Shown in pieces: positions 27,910 to 38,800 of a stretch of DNA of 64,000 nucleotides. Origin of the DNA: Phycisphaerales bacterium (GTDB taxonomy: Bacteria > Planctomycetota > Phycisphaerae > Phycisphaerales > UBA1924). The DNA is taken from positions 494 through 64,493 of the forward strand of contig JBILUL010000007.1 of the NCBI GenBank assembly GCA_044371005.1, written 5' to 3'. Both the position numbers and the translations under genes were made by a program. The notes under the pieces are model-generated. The model did not search any database, was not told where the DNA came from, and was given only the letters and a program-made list of their open reading frames with translations. The first letter of the stretch is position 1. Every line of letters starts with the position of its first letter.

Positions 27910-30900
27910 ATGTCGCAGAACATCGACATCAGTTCCGTTGCGCTCTCGAAAACGCCGCTGGTCGTGCAGGCTGCCGGATTGGTCGAGTCGTCGAAGGTCA
28001 CGCCCGGCACCGTTACGGTCGGTGGTCAGAGCCAGCCCGTCTGGGTCTTTGAACGCTCGAGAAAGCTGGGCGTTGATGTCGATACGGACCTGCTTGGCAA
28101 GGACGAGTTCAAGGGGAGCACCAGCGACCAGGTGGCGATGGCACAGGCCGCGCCCGGTGCCATGCTCCGGGTGCTCGCCTCAGGACAGTCAGGCGGCGAC
28201 GACGACTTTCGGATCTGGGCCATCACGCCGCAAGCGGGACAGTTGCTGCGTCCGGTCCTCCGACAGGGCAAGCAGCCGGACGATGAACTCGTGCGAGACA
28301 TCATCTGCGGCGTTCTCGCCGCACTGGTCGAGCTGGTCAACGGCACGGGTCGCTGGCACGGACGTCTCGGCGAGGACGATGCGATCGCATTCAGTCAGAC
28401 ACCCCAGGGCGTGCAACTCGTGCTCGCTCGGCCGAATTTCAAGGACCCGCTCTCAAAGGAGCGGGAAGAAGCCCTTAGTGCCAAGATTCGTCACGGCGGA
28501 GACGTCGATGATCTCAAGGATGTCGCCGATCTGCTGGCACAGGCCATCCTCAATGCCGCGGCACTTCCCAAAGTCCGGCGTTTTGCGCTGGCCGACGACG
28601 TGGACGCATGGACCCAGGCTCGCCCGAAGTCGGGGAAGGACTGGCACGCGATCTACAAGATGCTCCGCACCGCCGCGGGACGTAACCCCCCGGGAAGTGC
28701 TTCGGCAACATTCGCGCTGAATGAGATCACCAAGCTGTTGGGTCAGCCCAGACGTGCCAATACGAGGCCTCCCGCCGCGGCTGCGCCAGTTGCCCCCTCA
28801 CAAGCCGAGCAGGCGGCGAAGGCCAGGGAAGAGCGAGAGCGAGCGGCAGAGGCACAGGCTGCCAAGGTCAGGGAAGAGCGCGAGCGTGCGGCGGAGGCAC
28901 AGTCGACGAAGGCCAGGGAAGAACGCGAGCGAGCGGCAGAGGCACAGGCGGCGAAGGCTAGGGACGAGCGCGAGCGAGCAGCGCAGGCACAGGCTGCCAA
29001 GGCCAAGGAAGAACGCGAGCGGGCGGCAGAGGCTGCCAAGGTCAGCGAAGAACGCGAGCAGGCGGCAGAGGCACTGGCAGCGAAGGCCAAGGAAGAGCGC
29101 GAACGTGCGGTGCAGGAGCAGGCGGCGAAGGCCCAGGAAGAACGTGAGCGGGCAGCAAAGGCCAAGGAAGAACGCGAACGTGCGGCGAAGGAATTGGCAG
29201 CAAAGGCCAAGGAAGAACGCGAGCGTGCGGCGGAAGAGTTGGCTGCCAAAGCCAGGGAAGAACGCGACCGACTCGCGAAGGAGCAGGCGGCCAAAGCGAA
29301 GGAAGCACGCGAACGGGCAGCCGCGGCGAGCGCTTTTGAAGCTGAGGCAGATGAAGATTCCGGGTCAGTCTCCGCAGCGGCCGATCGGCTCGACAGCCAA
29401 CTCGTCGTTCCGGTCGAGGAGTCCTCAACGCGGCCTCAACGCCCTTCGAAGACCGATCCAAGCCGCACGTCTCCTGCTTCAGGCTCATCCGGAACGCAAG
29501 GCGGATCGTCGAAGCGATGGCTGCCGATCGCAGGAGTTGGCGCAGCGGTGTGCATTGCGGTGGTGGCGGTGGTGGTGTGGATGAATCGCCCATACAACCC
29601 GGATCGGGCACGTGAGGTCGCCAGAGAGTTAACGCTCAACGCACAGGACCTGGGCGATCCGAAGGACGAAAAGGAGGCTATTGCCAGTGTTGGCAAGCTG
29701 CTCAAGGGGCTCGAGTTTCGGGCAGAGACTGCCCCTGACGCACTTTCCAACGGCACCAAGGCCGTCTTGGATGAGGCGAACAGATTGTGGAACGCGAAGG
29801 CTGATACCTGGACAAAGCATCAGAGTTGGCCCGAAGAAAAAGCAATCGACAGTTGGAAACAGAGTATCCAAACGTGGACAGCGATCAAGCAGAAGCTGAA
29901 TGACGAAGTTCTCTCAGATGAAGGAAAGAAAGCGGAGTGGGAGATCAAGACCTTAGACAATCAGCCAGTTTCGCTGGAGAGCTTTGGGGGCTCGTTAGCA
30001 AAGAGACAGCGGGATGCGACGCAACATCCAACCGCTCCGCTCTACAGCGAAGCTCGCACGTGGTCGGGTGCTGATCCAAAACTGTCTTATGATCAGGTTC
30101 CGCGTGCAGTGGTTGAAAAGATCGCAGAGAAACTGGGGGCCGGGATTAGTCCAGATCAGCGAGCCAAGATCGAGGATCTTGTTGCTAAGCTCTTTAAGAG
30201 CAAGCCACAAAGCGGACCCCAACACGAAGACCTCGATGCACTGCTTCGCGAAATGAGTTCGCGGGGCCCTGATCAGAAAGGTGCGGACCAGAACGGCGGC
30301 GAGGCTGCTGCGACTGTCACACCGGAGCCACCGAAAGCAAAGTCAGTCGAGGAGGTGAAGAACGAGCTGGCCGAAAAGAACCCGTTTGTTAGAGCCCTGC
30401 TCGACAATAGGCACGTCAAGAGTGACGATTCGAAGGAGTGTCCGCCGGACACGAGGAAGAAGCTGACAGAAGAAGCGGAGCGACTGAAGCGGCTCGAGTC
30501 AGATCTTCTAGACTCGTGCAAAAAGCTGGTTGAGTGGAAAGCCGGCTCCCTCTCCGAGTTGGCCCAAACGGCCGACAAGCTCAGGGAACAGGTAGCAATC
30601 GCGGAGCTGCAGGAGGATCAGTGGAAGAATCTGCCTGAACCTGCACGTGAAGTGGTCGCGTACATCAAGAATCTGAAGAGTGAACCTCAAGAGTTGATCG
30701 AGGAACGCAAGAAGCTGCTCGGGGATTCAGCTGTTTCGAAATGGAAGCAGGGCCTGGTCGACTCCATACTGCTCCGGCTTAGAAATAAACTCTCCCAGAT
30801 TGCCGACAAGAACTGGGAGCAATTCGTCAGTTACGAGAACGCCGTCTTGGATATCCTCAGTAGCCCGGAAGGCAGCCGGTCTGACGAAGACATTGCCCGC

Positions 30901-32061
30901 GAGTTGGCACCGTTCATGGAGCAGTGGAAGAGCCGTCTGGCGAAGCTCGGGAGCGGATCGCCGCCATCGAGTCTCGCGACAGTGTTCATTGAGGGTTCGG
31001 AAACTCTGCCCAAGGACGTGCGATTTGTCTATTGGCGACATGTCCATGCTATTTGCTTAAGGTGGTTGATGAACACTCGCATTAACCTCGAAGGGAACCA
31101 GGTAACCCTAAGCCAAGAACAGTGGGACGGATTGATGGCTAGCCTGAAGCAGGAATTGAAAAGAGACTCGGAGCAAACCCGAGTGCTGCTATCCCATCGA
31201 TCTGCAGAAGAAAGGGGCACTTCAAGGTACATCGAGTTTGGCGATGGTGCGTTGAAGAATGTGACTCAGACGCTTTTGCCGGCAGCGACCGATGAAACGC
31301 AGTGGGTGCGTGTAACCCTCGGCGATACGGGCATTGTCTTCGGTAAGCACCGCAGCATGAAACAGTACGTTTCGGCCGACGAACTCTCGTGGCGTGCAGC
31401 CATGCAAGCGGGCGCAACGGTGTATGGAGATATCGGCCGGACCACCACGGGGCAGCGGCTGTTGCTTCGGACATTCACGAGAGACAAGGACAGCATTTGG
31501 TTCAATCACATGGCAAAGCTCGAGTTCACTGGGGATGACATGTATCCGGTACAGGGCATGACTTTTGATGAAGCGGTTGGGCTAGCAACTGCCCTTGGGT
31601 GCGTGCTCCCCGATTCGACCTCGATGCAGAGTATCGCAGAGCTGAGCAAGGGTGAAGGAAATCGAGTTCCAATTCCTGATGACGAGGACGATGGGAAGCC
31701 AGGCACGCAAAGAAGTAAGCAAAGAAGAAACCCGGCGTTCTTTCCGATGGACAACCAGATTGCGATCGACCTGACTTCGGCAATCGGGAAACGGCAGGTA
31801 GCTGCATTTGCCGAAAACCTGAAGAAGGTCAACGAAGAGGCCGGCTGGAGCAACGTGACGGCAAATGTTGCGGAGTGGTTGCAAGACGGGCGTGCATTTG
31901 GTGGCTCGGCCTTTACAGAAGCGAGTGATGGCATAAAGGACATCAGCAAGGCGTACTGCAACGTCGGCATGCGGCTCGCCGCCCCCGCCGCTCCTCCGGA
32001 ACCTGTAAAAACCACCTACACGATCTTCCTAGACAAGCCGCCGGCAAAGCCGCCGGCGTAG
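27910..32061 (+). CDS. 1383-aa single-pass membrane protein: kinase-like(?) N-domain, 12 x 15-aa charged repeats, TM helix, long helical region, degenerate FGE-sulfatase (SUMF1)-like C-terminal domain
   Basis: Uninterrupted ORF. Repeats of the form AKAREERERAAEAQA. TM helix: WLPIAGVGAAVCIAVVAVVVWM. C-terminal motifs YPVQGMTFDEAVGLATALGCVLP .. ANVAEWLQDG .. NVGMRLA follow the FGE-domain motif order (V.w.dA..y....g.rLP .. GNv.EW .. iGFR). Confidence 0.8.
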   Translation: MSQNIDISSVALSKTPLVVQAAGLVESSKVTPGTVTVGGQSQPVWVFERSRKLGVDVDTDLLGKDEFKGSTSDQVAMAQAAPGAMLRVLASGQSGGDDDFRIWAITPQAGQLLRPVLRQGKQPDDELVRDIICGVLAALVELVNGTGRWHGRLGEDDAIAFSQTPQGVQLVLARPNFKDPLSKEREEALSAKIRHGGDVDDLKDVADLLAQAILNAAALPKVRRFALADDVDAWTQARPKSGKDWHAIYKMLRTAAGRNPPGSASATFALNEITKLLGQPRRANTRPPAAAAPVAPSQAEQAAKAREERERAAEAQAAKVREERERAAEAQSTKAREERERAAEAQAAKARDERERAAQAQAAKAKEERERAAEAAKVSEEREQAAEALAAKAKEERERAVQEQAAKAQEERERAAKAKEERERAAKELAAKAKEERERAAEELAAKAREERDRLAKEQAAKAKEARERAAAASAFEAEADEDSGSVSAAADRLDSQLVVPVEESSTRPQRPSKTDPSRTSPASGSSGTQGGSSKRWLPIAGVGAAVCIAVVAVVVWMNRPYNPDRAREVARELTLNAQDLGDPKDEKEAIASVGKLLKGLEFRAETAPDALSNGTKAVLDEANRLWNAKADTWTKHQSWPEEKAIDSWKQSIQTWTAIKQKLNDEVLSDEGKKAEWEIKTLDNQPVSLESFGGSLAKRQRDATQHPTAPLYSEARTWSGADPKLSYDQVPRAVVEKIAEKLGAGISPDQRAKIEDLVAKLFKSKPQSGPQHEDLDALLREMSSRGPDQKGADQNGGEAAATVTPEPPKAKSVEEVKNELAEKNPFVRALLDNRHVKSDDSKECPPDTRKKLTEEAERLKRLESDLLDSCKKLVEWKAGSLSELAQTADKLREQVAIAELQEDQWKNLPEPAREVVAYIKNLKSEPQELIEERKKLLGDSAVSKWKQGLVDSILLRLRNKLSQIADKNWEQFVSYENAVLDILSSPEGSRSDEDIARELAPFMEQWKSRLAKLGSGSPPSSLATVFIEGSETLPKDVRFVYWRHVHAICLRWLMNTRINLEGNQVTLSQEQWDGLMASLKQELKRDSEQTRVLLSHRSAEERGTSRYIEFGDGALKNVTQTLLPAATDETQWVRVTLGDTGIVFGKHRSMKQYVSADELSWRAAMQAGATVYGDIGRTTTGQRLLLRTFTRDKDSIWFNHMAKLEFTGDDMYPVQGMTFDEAVGLATALGCVLPDSTSMQSIAELSKGEGNRVPIPDDEDDGKPGTQRSKQRRNPAFFPMDNQIAIDLTSAIGKRQVAAFAENLKKVNEEAGWSNVTANVAEWLQDGRAFGGSAFTEASDGIKDISKAYCNVGMRLAAPAAPPEPVKTTYTIFLDKPPAKPPA
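28816..29334 (+). repeat. Tandem in-frame repeat, 12 units of ~45 nt (15 aa; two shortened units)
   Basis: Units are AKAREERERAAEAQA, AKVREERERAAEAQS, TKAREERERAAEAQA, AKARDERERAAQAQA, AKAKEERERAAEA, AKVSEEREQAAEALA, AKAKEERERAVQEQA, AKAQEERERA, AKAKEERERAAKELA, AKAKEERERAAEELA, AKAREERDRLAKEQA and AKAKEARERAAAASA. Confidence 0.9.
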
Positions 32062-32129
32062 TCTTGACCGGACCCCAGCGGAGGTCACGCGGCCTCTGGC
32101 CGCCTCCCTGCGTGATCACCGCGGACCTC

Positions 32130-35100
32130 TCACTTCCCCGGCCCGCTCGTCTTCCCCGGTTCGCTCACATAGTTCAGCTGGCTCAGATCGGGCCTGGGCG
32201 CTGCCTGCGGCTTGAGTTCCACCTTGAAGCTCAGTCGGAATCCCACATCGCTGAAGCCCTTGCCGCGGCGGTTCTCGCCAAGCTCGATGGGATCCGTTCC
32301 CGTCGGGTCGGACAGAGCCGAACTGCCAGCGATCCACGTGGTTCGATCCGGCGAGATGGCGAACTCGGCAACGTTTCCGCGACGGAAGGCAGGTATCGCT
32401 TCACTTAGCGGCCCGGCGGGTGCGAAGAACGCGATTTCATCGGGCACATCGCTGTGCACCGCGAACCCCGCATCGTCCGTCACCTTGACCTTTGACTGAC
32501 CGCTGAAGAGCACTGAATCCGACGCGTGCGAACGGAGATTGCTCGGGGCGTACGGCTGTCTGCGAAATACAACAGGGGGCTTCTTGGCCAGTTCCTGGAC
32601 CTTGGTGTAGTACTCTTCGTGGAACGTCTTATCGCGCAGGTTGGAAATCTCCGAAGGCGAGGCTGCACTATACCAACTCACCTCCGGAAGCTCCATTCCG
32701 CAGACCGCAGCGAGCACCTGCGCGTCCTCAAAGGAGACATAGTTGAAGGGGTACTGCAATTCCGACCCGGCCTTCAACCCCAGTGGACCTTCTGCAATCT
32801 CCTGGGGCAGGTCGCCGGAGATGGTTGGGCCGAGTGTGCCCTTTCTGAGCCCAGGCAGCTTGCCGTAGGGCTGCCCGGCGTCATCCTTTCCCCCCTCGTC
32901 AAGCATCTCATAGGTCTGCAGCGGGCGAGTCTTGCCGCCGTCATCATTCATCCTGGCCTGCAACGCCGTGCGACGATCTGCAGGCAACGCCATCATCAGC
33001 GCTCGCGCCAACTCCACGGTTGTCTCGGTCGCAGCCACGTAACGGATGCTCTGGCCCGACCTTGCCGGAATGAATGTCACCGCAACGCCGTTGATCTTCA
33101 CGACTGCCACGGCGTCGGGGCCAGCGGGGTTCACCTCAAGCCTGCAAACCCCGTTGGATCCAATGGCCGCAGAAATCGCTTCGCCCACGTTCGGTTCCGC
33201 TTCCGGCGGCTTCAGATACTGCTGGAGCAGTTCAAGCTGCGCTTTCACCCCGCCCCCCGGGCTCTTCGCTTCCAACTCGGTCAGCAGCGGTTCCAGTTCC
33301 CGGGCAAGGGGATCCTGATCGGCTCCCGGGGCCCCATTGGGGCGTGCTCGCAGTGCATTGATGAGCAGGTTGGCACGAACCCAGTTCGGATAGCCGCTAC
33401 GGATCGTGTCAGGCGCCTGGCTGAGCAGATGCACCCACACAGCAGTGGCTCCCGCGTCGTTGCTGGCGACCGCGGCACCAAGCCGCTCCGACACGCGCGT
33501 CGTGATCGCGTCTGCCCAGTTGGGCGACTTGAGCATTCCATCGACGGACTTAGCCACGAGGGGCTGTGTCACATCTGCGGCTGGCAGGGTCTTCAGCAGT
33601 TCAAGAAACAGCGTGCCCCGAAGCCGCGGCATGATCGCCTCGACCAGCGCATCATCCTTCGATGTAGCCGGCGGCTCGACCGCAGCGGGAACATCCTTTT
33701 CCCAGAGCGTTCGAGCCTTGGCGGGGTCGTTCAGGGCGTCCTTGAACTCCTTGACAAGCTGCAAGATCTTCGGGTAGTCCGTCGCGGGAAGTTTGGCGAG
33801 GTCGTTAAACGCGGGTTCGTTGACCTTGAGCGGCTGCGGACCCGTTCGAAATGCCGTTTCGATCTTGGTCGCAAGGTCTGCGGCTGCCTGCTCAGCATCA
33901 AGCATTGCCCGGACTTGGGAGACAGCCTTGTCGGTTTCGCTCTTCCACGCATCAAAAACCAGCGGGTCCGCTCCCTCGATCGCTGCTTTGAAGGCTGCGG
34001 TCGCCGCGGTCTTCATCGAGGGATCCTTGGCCACTTTTTCCGCATGCGCGGCACACTGTCGAAGCACCTTCCATCGGTCGATCGCCGCGAACTGTTCTTT
34101 GACCTTGTCCTGCACTTCCTTGCCGCTGATGAGTGACTTCCATGCATCCGCATCGACTCTGGCGGGGAGTTGGCCCTTGAGTTGGTCGGCAAAGTCCTTC
34201 GGCAAGTCATCCATGTCGGCCGCTGGCACTAACCGATTGATCGCGGACGCGAGAGATTGGAGTACGTCCATGCGACCGGATTCGATCCCCGTTGCGTCGA
34301 AATTCACTTCCAGGTTCTCGTGGAGGCGTACCTTGACGTAGTCGTGGGATTCCTTCAGCTTGGACTTGAACGACCTCTGCGATTGCTCGCTGCCGTCGGG
34401 GAACTTGATCGCATCGAGATCGTTGAGAAACTGACCAAACTCAACGAGCGATTCGCGGCTGCTGGCTGAAAGCTCCACCTTGCCTTCGTCCCGCGGCTTG
34501 GGCGGAGTATCCGTCACGGGCTTGTCAGTCCCGGGCTTGATTGTGGTATCGACGTGCTTCTGCCCGTTTCCATCGTTATCCGAGCCCTTCCCCTTGTTCT
34601 GCAGCGCCCACCATCCGACAGCAGTCGCTGCGACCAGCGTCGCACCAAGTCCAGCCAAGACGACCGCGGAAGGGCCACGTCGTGGCTCATCAGCCGCCGC
34701 GGGTCGAGGGGCTTCGACTGCGGGTGACGGTGTAGGTTTCGGGGCGACAGTTGGCCGCGGAACCGCCTTGACGGCCGCGGCGACCTTTCCTTCAAGGGCT
34801 GACATCGAGCCGGGCTTGCTTGCCGGTTCATGCACTGTGGGAAGTGGTGACTCCTTGAGCCACGCATCAAGCATGCCACGGATCTGGGCAGTCTCATCGG
34901 TTGGTGGCGTTCGCCCACGCTCGGCAGTCATGGCGCCCTTGCCGCCGCGCCCGATGCCGATGGCTGCGATGTCAGAGGCCTTGCACGGGCCAACGAAAAG
35001 GTCGATCCAGTCACCCTTGAGCGGCACCACCAGCAGTGAATCCGCATCGGGGCCGCAGATCTTCCGAAGCAGTGATGCATGAGCAATCAATGATGCGCCA

Positions 35101-35837
35101 GCGGATTCCGGCATCCCGCCGATCACGGGAACCCGCACATGTGGCATCGAAGCGTTGCTGTGCCAGGCTCCCTTCACAGGGTCGCGTGCCAGTTTCAACT
35201 CAACCAGAAGCTCATGAATGGTTCGGATGAGCCCGGCGCGATCCGGGCCCAGCTGCGGGGTATCCGCAAGTGCGAGCCGCTCAGCCGGGAGGAGGCCGGA
35301 TGCCGGCGGGATGGCGCGAGCAGCTGATGCGAAGGCATCGAGCGAGGCAAAGAGATCTTCTCTGGTTGCCGCGGCGACCAGCGGTTGTGCATACTGCGAG
35401 AGCAAATCAAACAAGGGTGGGGCAACGGCTTCGGGCGGGCAATGCCCGCAATCCCACGCGGCAAAACTCACCGTGCGCCGCCCTTCGGTCGTGCCGTCGC
35501 GTGTGGGCGTCAGTTGCCCCGCGATGCAATGCTCACCCTTCGAGTCGACGATTCTGGCCAGGAAGAGATGGGTCGTGGGAAGCACGACCGATTTCGCCGT
35601 CGATTCGCCCGGTGCCTCCATCTCCGACGCATGACCCGAGAGCTTGATCGACCAGTCGAACATCCGTGACTTCACCACCTTGAGCGGCGAACTCACCCCG
35701 GTGATCCCCAGACGCGACTGGGCCTCGCCATCATCGGAAGTTGCGTGGTCGATGTACTCGGCCCAGAGCCGATGCTTGCCAAACATCGCCAGCCTCTGAC
35801 CGCCGGCCGCCGGGTTGGGAGTGGGGGAGGGATTCAT
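32130..35837 (-). CDS. TagF-like (DUF2094-like) N-terminal domain fused to a TM helix, a long helical region and an FGE-sulfatase-like C-terminal domain
   Basis: The ATG at 35837 lies 11 nt after the tssM stop. AMFGKHRLWAEYIDHA and IAGQLTPTRDGTTEGRRTVSFAAW resemble the TagF motifs fGKlP..gDF and G.m.PS.D.vGR.fPl. TM helix: VVLAGLGATLVAATAVGWWAL. C-terminal motifs are YPFNYVSFEDAQVLAAVCGMELP .. GNVAEFAI .. FSDVGFRLS. Confidence 0.7.
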   Translation of the reverse strand: MNPSPTPNPAAGGQRLAMFGKHRLWAEYIDHATSDDGEAQSRLGITGVSSPLKVVKSRMFDWSIKLSGHASEMEAPGESTAKSVVLPTTHLFLARIVDSKGEHCIAGQLTPTRDGTTEGRRTVSFAAWDCGHCPPEAVAPPLFDLLSQYAQPLVAAATREDLFASLDAFASAARAIPPASGLLPAERLALADTPQLGPDRAGLIRTIHELLVELKLARDPVKGAWHSNASMPHVRVPVIGGMPESAGASLIAHASLLRKICGPDADSLLVVPLKGDWIDLFVGPCKASDIAAIGIGRGGKGAMTAERGRTPPTDETAQIRGMLDAWLKESPLPTVHEPASKPGSMSALEGKVAAAVKAVPRPTVAPKPTPSPAVEAPRPAAADEPRRGPSAVVLAGLGATLVAATAVGWWALQNKGKGSDNDGNGQKHVDTTIKPGTDKPVTDTPPKPRDEGKVELSASSRESLVEFGQFLNDLDAIKFPDGSEQSQRSFKSKLKESHDYVKVRLHENLEVNFDATGIESGRMDVLQSLASAINRLVPAADMDDLPKDFADQLKGQLPARVDADAWKSLISGKEVQDKVKEQFAAIDRWKVLRQCAAHAEKVAKDPSMKTAATAAFKAAIEGADPLVFDAWKSETDKAVSQVRAMLDAEQAAADLATKIETAFRTGPQPLKVNEPAFNDLAKLPATDYPKILQLVKEFKDALNDPAKARTLWEKDVPAAVEPPATSKDDALVEAIMPRLRGTLFLELLKTLPAADVTQPLVAKSVDGMLKSPNWADAITTRVSERLGAAVASNDAGATAVWVHLLSQAPDTIRSGYPNWVRANLLINALRARPNGAPGADQDPLARELEPLLTELEAKSPGGGVKAQLELLQQYLKPPEAEPNVGEAISAAIGSNGVCRLEVNPAGPDAVAVVKINGVAVTFIPARSGQSIRYVAATETTVELARALMMALPADRRTALQARMNDDGGKTRPLQTYEMLDEGGKDDAGQPYGKLPGLRKGTLGPTISGDLPQEIAEGPLGLKAGSELQYPFNYVSFEDAQVLAAVCGMELPEVSWYSAASPSEISNLRDKTFHEEYYTKVQELAKKPPVVFRRQPYAPSNLRSHASDSVLFSGQSKVKVTDDAGFAVHSDVPDEIAFFAPAGPLSEAIPAFRRGNVAEFAISPDRTTWIAGSSALSDPTGTDPIELGENRRGKGFSDVGFRLSFKVELKPQAAPRPDLSQLNYVSEPGKTSGPGK

Positions 35838-35848
35838 GGCGTGGTGTT

Positions 35849-38800
35849 TCAGGGGGCGACGAGGTCGGAAGCGTTGACCTTGATGAACGAGCGGCCTTTG
35901 GCAACTTCAAGGGTGAAGGTCAGTGTCGTTTTCCCTTTCCCATCGCCCTCGGGGCCGACCGTGCTAACGGTCACGGAGTTAGTGGCGCTGTCAAGCCACT
36001 TCTGAACAAGACATGCCCAGACCGCGATCTCGCCATCGCAGATGAGTCCGACCATCTTGCCACCGTCGTTCACAGTTCGGTAGAACGAAAGCCGCGTCAC
36101 TGCCGTCAGGGGAACAGGCTTGCCAATCTCCGGGGTGGTCAGGGCTTCGTCAATGGCGTACGTGTTAAACTGGTAGCGGTTGAAACTCTCGACCTTGAAG
36201 GTCCAGTTGCTGCGCTGCTTGAGTGACAAGTAGTTGTTGAGCAGCAGCTCTAGTGCCTGTCTTGCCTTGTTTGCCGAATCCGACGACCATGATGGCAGTC
36301 GACATTCCATCAAATCGGGGCATTCGCCTGATGCCGACCCGGCCTTGGCTGCGACCTTGGCCGCTTCGATGAGGTACTCGGTCGCCAGAATTGCGTCATC
36401 GATCTGCTGATCTGCTATCTTCTGATCTGCAGAAATCACTGGAACTCCAACACCAACGCAGGCCGGTGCTTTCTTGACGAGATCGAAGCTGGCAGCGACC
36501 TTTGCCGCGGCGAGGTTCCTCGATTCGGTCTTGAGCAGGCTTACTGTTCGGTCGAACAACTCCTGCGCCCATAAGCCCCGCGTCGGGCGATCGCGACACG
36601 TCAGCAGATTCTGACTGACCAATTCGTAGAGAATCTTGGCTGCCTCGGAGTCGGTTGCCTTGTCGGCCAGCGTCGCCATCGCATTGGCGTTCCATTCTTC
36701 AAAACCAGCGAATGGACCAAGCTCGCCACATGCCGTCAGCTCATTGCTGAGTGTTACGAACATCATCGACACCTTGGTCGCATTGCCAAGCAGGAACCGC
36801 GTCGTATTCCAGTCGGCCACCTTGATCCTCTCAATAAGGCGAGCTGGAACAAGCGTGATGGCATTGACGAGATCTTTCCTGGACCGAGCGATGCTGTCGG
36901 CTGCAGATCTCCGCTGTGTCTCGATGGACTCCTTCTCAAACTTGAGGGTCGTACCGACGGCTTTGAGCGTCTGGTCAAGCTGTTTCAAGCTTGCCGCATT
37001 GCGCTTCCCTTCGAGCTCTGTCCAGTTGCGCAGATCACCCCACAGAGTGGAATCGACTCCATCCACCCATTCCGTACGCCTGACGTTTCCAAGCGCTGTC
37101 TGGACCTCTCTGATCTGCTCGCGAGCATCCAGCCATTCATTTCTTGGCTTGAGCACCTTTTCGTTGATCGCTCCAGCAAACTCCGATTGTGGCTCGATTG
37201 TGGCCTTCTCCTCAGACTTAGACAACCTCGCGAGCACATCAGAGTACTCGGTCCGATTCTTGAAGTCCGTCTTCCACTTGCTCCCGTCTCGCTTGATCAA
37301 TCCAGCGGACATTGTCGAGTATTTCGTCCTTGCATCGGCGAGGTTTTTCTTGAAGTCCTGCAGAGTGCGCAGTGTTCCCGCCAGGGAGTCCTGCAACGCG
37401 CTCAGTTGCGTCACACGCGAGACGCACTCTTCAAGGTCGGCGGCGGCAATGTCGCACAGTGCGCTGAAGGATGCAAGATCCGTGTCGTTCTCAGCCCCCG
37501 TCACATGAGTCGGCTTGAACGTGCAAGCAAGCGTCTTCTCGAGCTCTTTCAGGCGACCATCAAGTTGGTTCCAGGTGCTCGTGAACCCTGGGGTTGCATT
37601 CGTCACCTCTTGATTGGTCTTGGCTTCGAGAGCTTTGGCGGTCGTCTCGAGCATCTCCTTGTCCTTCGCGATCTGATTGCTCAGCGAAACTGCCCGGTAC
37701 ACGAGTTCCACGCGGTTGCTGCGATCGGTGATGTCCTTGAGTTTCTGCCGGTTCTCAACCGGGAGCGACTGTGCATAAAGCTCGCACAGCTCCTTAAGCC
37801 GATCCGACTTGAGCGCATCAACTTCGGCCAGCTTCGTCTGGGTCCGCAGAGCCAGTTCCCCATTCTTGTCGGTGGGTGCTCCGGCCTCGTTATTGAAGAC
37901 GCTCAGGCACCCAAAAAGCAGCGCCGCATCGTCACTGCCGCCGACTTGGTCGGCGATCAGTTTCTTCAGTTCCTTTGGCCCAAGGCTGGCGTTCTTCGAA
38001 CTCCTTGAAGCGTAGAGCAGCAAGGTTTCAATCGACGGGAACTGTTCGGGCTTGATGGCGGCGGGCTTGGCCTTCGGGCCTGGCGGTGCAATGAGTGCGG
38101 CGAGCTTGAAGAGTTCCGAAGCCGCATCGACCGCAGCCTGATCCCAAGGATGGCCTTCGGAGTTTTCTTCCGAAGGAAGCGAACTTTCAAGCTTCTTGTA
38201 CGTTGCCTGCGCCAGCGGCTTGAGCAGCATTACTTCAACCGCGAGCTTTGCCGCGTCTTCACGAGCTTCCTCCGCGAGGTTGCGTTCGACCGGGTAGATC
38301 GGGGACGAGAAATCCGCCTGGCTCGCGCGCAGAATCGCGATCAGTTTCATGGCTTCGCTTGGAAGCACGCTGGAGTTCTTGTCGATGATCGCGCTCTTGT
38401 CCTTGTCCAGGAAGTCTTCGCGATTGTCCGTGCTCAGCGCTGTTGCCAGCGTGTTGAGACTGTCACTGTGGCCTCCGATCTGACGGTGAAGTGACCATAC
38501 GCCGTACGAAGTGATCAGCAACCCCAACACGGCGGCGACCGCCGTGCTCACGATGGCGATCATGCTCCGACGCCAGTCCTCCTGTGCGATGTTCCCGGTT
38601 GTGGCGACCAGACCCGCTTCCTTGGTCACCTTGTTGGCGATCAGATCGTGGATGAACAGGCCAGTGTCGCGCTTTACCGCACCGGCGCCCATCTGCTCGA
38701 GGCGGCTCATCAGTTCATCGCGATTGTTGCCGAAGCTCGCCAGCAGGTCGTCATCGATGGCGATTCCCTGCGAGAGCGAACTGGTGAAATAGACGCCGCG

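Noticed and set aside
28743-29584. Regular 45-nt periodicity that could be mistaken for a CRISPR array, plus antisense and alternative-frame ORFs (183 aa, 287 aa)
   Set aside because: The units are contiguous with no unique spacers and are in frame within a 1383-aa ORF, encoding a coherent 15-aa charged repeat. The other ORFs are repeat shadows.
32080-32107. Imperfect hairpin (ggagg..gcggcc tct ggccgc ctcc) between the convergent 1383-aa and TagF-like genes as a bidirectional terminator
   Set aside because: The stem is short and interrupted, with no flanking T/A tract. This is not enough to call a terminator by eye.
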